From Ptychomitrium polyphyllum (taxonomy: Eukaryota): a stretch of 64,000 nt of DNA. Shown in pieces: positions 61,901-64,000 of this stretch. The first letter of the stretch is position 1, and each line of letters starts with the position of its first letter. The notes beneath the pieces are model-generated. The model ran no database searches, had not been told where the DNA came from, and saw only the letters and a program-made list of their open reading frames with translations. The DNA lies in the NCBI GenBank assembly GCA_973851085.1, contig OZ316775.1, positions 10,664,001 to 10,728,000 of the forward strand, given 5' to 3'. A program made the translations under genes and the position numbers.

Positions 61901-64000
61901 ATTCATATCTTCTTCCAACAACAAATAATTCTATATAAATCATTTGAATTGTAGAAGGACATTTTATAATATTATGTGTTTCTTGAATACCAATTCGTGA
62001 CGTAAATTACTTTTTTGATTGTTGTAGTATCACTGAAATCTATCAAGCATCTTAATTGATTGATGCAATTACATTTTTTAATTTCCAAAGTTGCAATTGT
62101 CATTTGAAAGTAGAATGTTGTTCATTAGAATATAGATGGTCATTACTAGAAGAAAGCACATATAATTGATTAAGAATTGGGGTGGATTATTTCCATAATG
62201 GAAATATCTGTAACTTCTATTCAGAAGCAACCTAACATGATTACTACCAACAATCAAAATTACTTTGTTTGGACACCAATTAATTGAGTCGTGAATATCC
62301 AAAATTGGAAATATTGGAGTTTAGTTTTCTATTTCAAAATGCCCATACTTTTTTGTTTAATATGATATGAGCTATCAAATGATATGATACTCAAATAAGA
62401 GATCTTACACCAAATACACTTAAATCTTAAAACAATGTGGGTTTTAAAATTGTAGAGTCGTCTAGGACTAACCAAAACATGTTATTTATCAATATATAAA
62501 ATAGTGTAAATCCAAAAACATCTAAAAATGAATTTCGTAATTAAAATTGCTCATATTAGAAATAGTGTTTTCAAATAATTTACATTGCTTATAATAATGT
62601 AGCCCTTCCTATGTAGGAGAAAGAGCAAAGCAGGTTTACTGTAGAGTGTTGTGCAGATGAGAATGAGGATATCAAAATGGGTGGATTTGCAGGTAACGCT
62701 CTTGTCTTGCTCTCAGAGACACTGCACTAGGCTGTCCTTGGAGCCAGCTTTCAGGGGTCATTATCCCTTGTGAAGCAGCAACCTCTTCATGAATGCAAAT
62801 TCAACATGAAGGGCAGTTCATGTCATATCCATTGTAAAGGGCAGGTCATGTCATTTGCAAAGTTGCTCTGGACTGTTTGATGTGAGGTATGCAGGTGAAT
62901 TAACTTGTGCTCTAATTGAGAATAAGTTTTGCAATACTGTAGTGTTTATTATTTGATTTCATTTTGCAGAGAGTTGTCATTACAAAGCCCAGGCAAACCC
63001 TCTATCAATTGTAACTTACATACTGGTAGCTGATTTATCAGTATGCAATCTGAACTTTGACAATGCAATGCCAAGCATATGAGGCTGAAAGGACATTGAA
63101 AGCAATATGTTATGTTTCCTCCAACTGGTTTTACATTAGAAAACAAGTCAGAGTTTACATGTTTTTTTATTTGAATGCAGTGAAGGTTGGCAATCACTTT
63201 CCAGTAAAAAATATGATATGTTCATAAAATTGCACTTTTCATGTAGGATATTAGGAATAACAACACAAGCAAAATGAATTCCCTAAAGTACAAAGAGACA
63301 ATATTCAACTTATTCCTAGTCTAGGTTCTTAGGTGCATAATAACAAATTTTGGTATGAAATCCTGCAAGTTTTGTTGAAATTGTTGTAATAACTATCAAG
63401 ACTAGGGTGTTCTAGTGTAATCTAAACGTCCTTTTGCTTGGAGTTCTTCCTTGCTCGTGCAGCAGTTAGTATGCTCCATTCTTTTGGAACTTATTCCCTA
63501 ATTTTTCCAATCTTGTTTAAACTTGTTCAAATATGATCATAGCCAACGTCATACCTAGGCATTGAGGTCTCCTTCATGCACAACGAGGGAGAAGAACTAT
63601 GAGTAGTTTGTAAGTTTAAATGCTAGATATGTTTGTCAGTGTGCAGAATGTGCAGAATGCAATGTGTAGACATAATATGACTAAGTAGGACAACGTTTAG
63701 GTTGTATGTAGGATGTCTTGTGGTGGTGAGTGAGGATGTTGGCATGGGAACAGAGGCTGTTGCTTTGGTCAAATTTGTGCATCAGAATACAACTCCTTGA
63801 CAACTCATTTGTGGGGCACCAGAAGCAGTCACAGGGACAATTAACCACATTCACGGTTTGATTTTATCCTACCCAAATGTCATCCTATAATGTCAGAGAC
63901 ACAAGTAATGAGAGCAGATAGAACACAAACTTGGAGGCTCAACTTGCTGTTTGTGGGAAGCCAGATCACTGTGTTTCATATTGTGAAGGTGATGTAGAAC
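55930..64000. other. Exon-like higher-GC islands separated by very AT-rich DNA; unidentified gene or pseudogene
   Basis: Blocks at ~55930-56900, 59050-59700, 61140-61730, 62600-63200 and 63400-64000. One clean minus-strand AG..GT exon at ~56513-56406 reads IQVPGHQYLRIWKFSEPESVVHAITTVGSMAKTLHK. No family recognised. Confidence 0.25.
58325..58740 (+). mobile_element. Solo LTR related to the LTRs of the Gypsy element at 29.4-34.9 kb, opposite orientation
   Basis: Starts tgttattgacatatattagaa. Shares aagcattgt.tt.gaa, aaagaa(a)tcttt.gtct, tcttgt..t.tagctca.acctt and ttattcta with the reverse complement of the 3' LTR. No internal domains recognised next to it. Confidence 0.65.

Overview
Eukaryotic, intron-containing genomic DNA with no prokaryotic features, RNA genes or CRISPR array that I can support. 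It is most likely from a moss or other bryophyte (Physcomitrium-like): land-plant genes occur with the ciliary GTPase ARL3 and an AT-drifted chromodomain Gypsy element. In order: a multiply disabled OPR/Old Yellow Enzyme pseudogene (+, 0.3-1.8 kb); intact minus-strand genes for augmin subunit 6 (3.1-8.7 kb), a compact SHOC1 (11.1-15.2 kb) and a BKI1/MAKR-like protein (18.0-19.9 kb); unassigned decayed exon-like islands (24.5-27.8 kb); an old chromovirus LTR retrotransposon (29.4-34.9 kb); a decayed gene with two tandem RPA70 N-terminal OB-fold domains (40.5-42.8 kb, missed by the ORF track); a pair of MITE-like foldbacks; an intact 9-exon ARL3 gene (43.8-45.8 kb); a divergent multi-exon gene, possibly IC97/CASC1-like (46.2-51.7 kb), containing a strong hairpin; then AT-rich TE debris, a solo LTR and more exon-like islands. 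All homology calls come from hand translation and recalled family motifs, with no database searches. I found no clearly new multi-gene system; the best leads are the tandem RPA70N gene, the BKI1/MAKR-like protein and the possible IC97-like gene beside ARL3.
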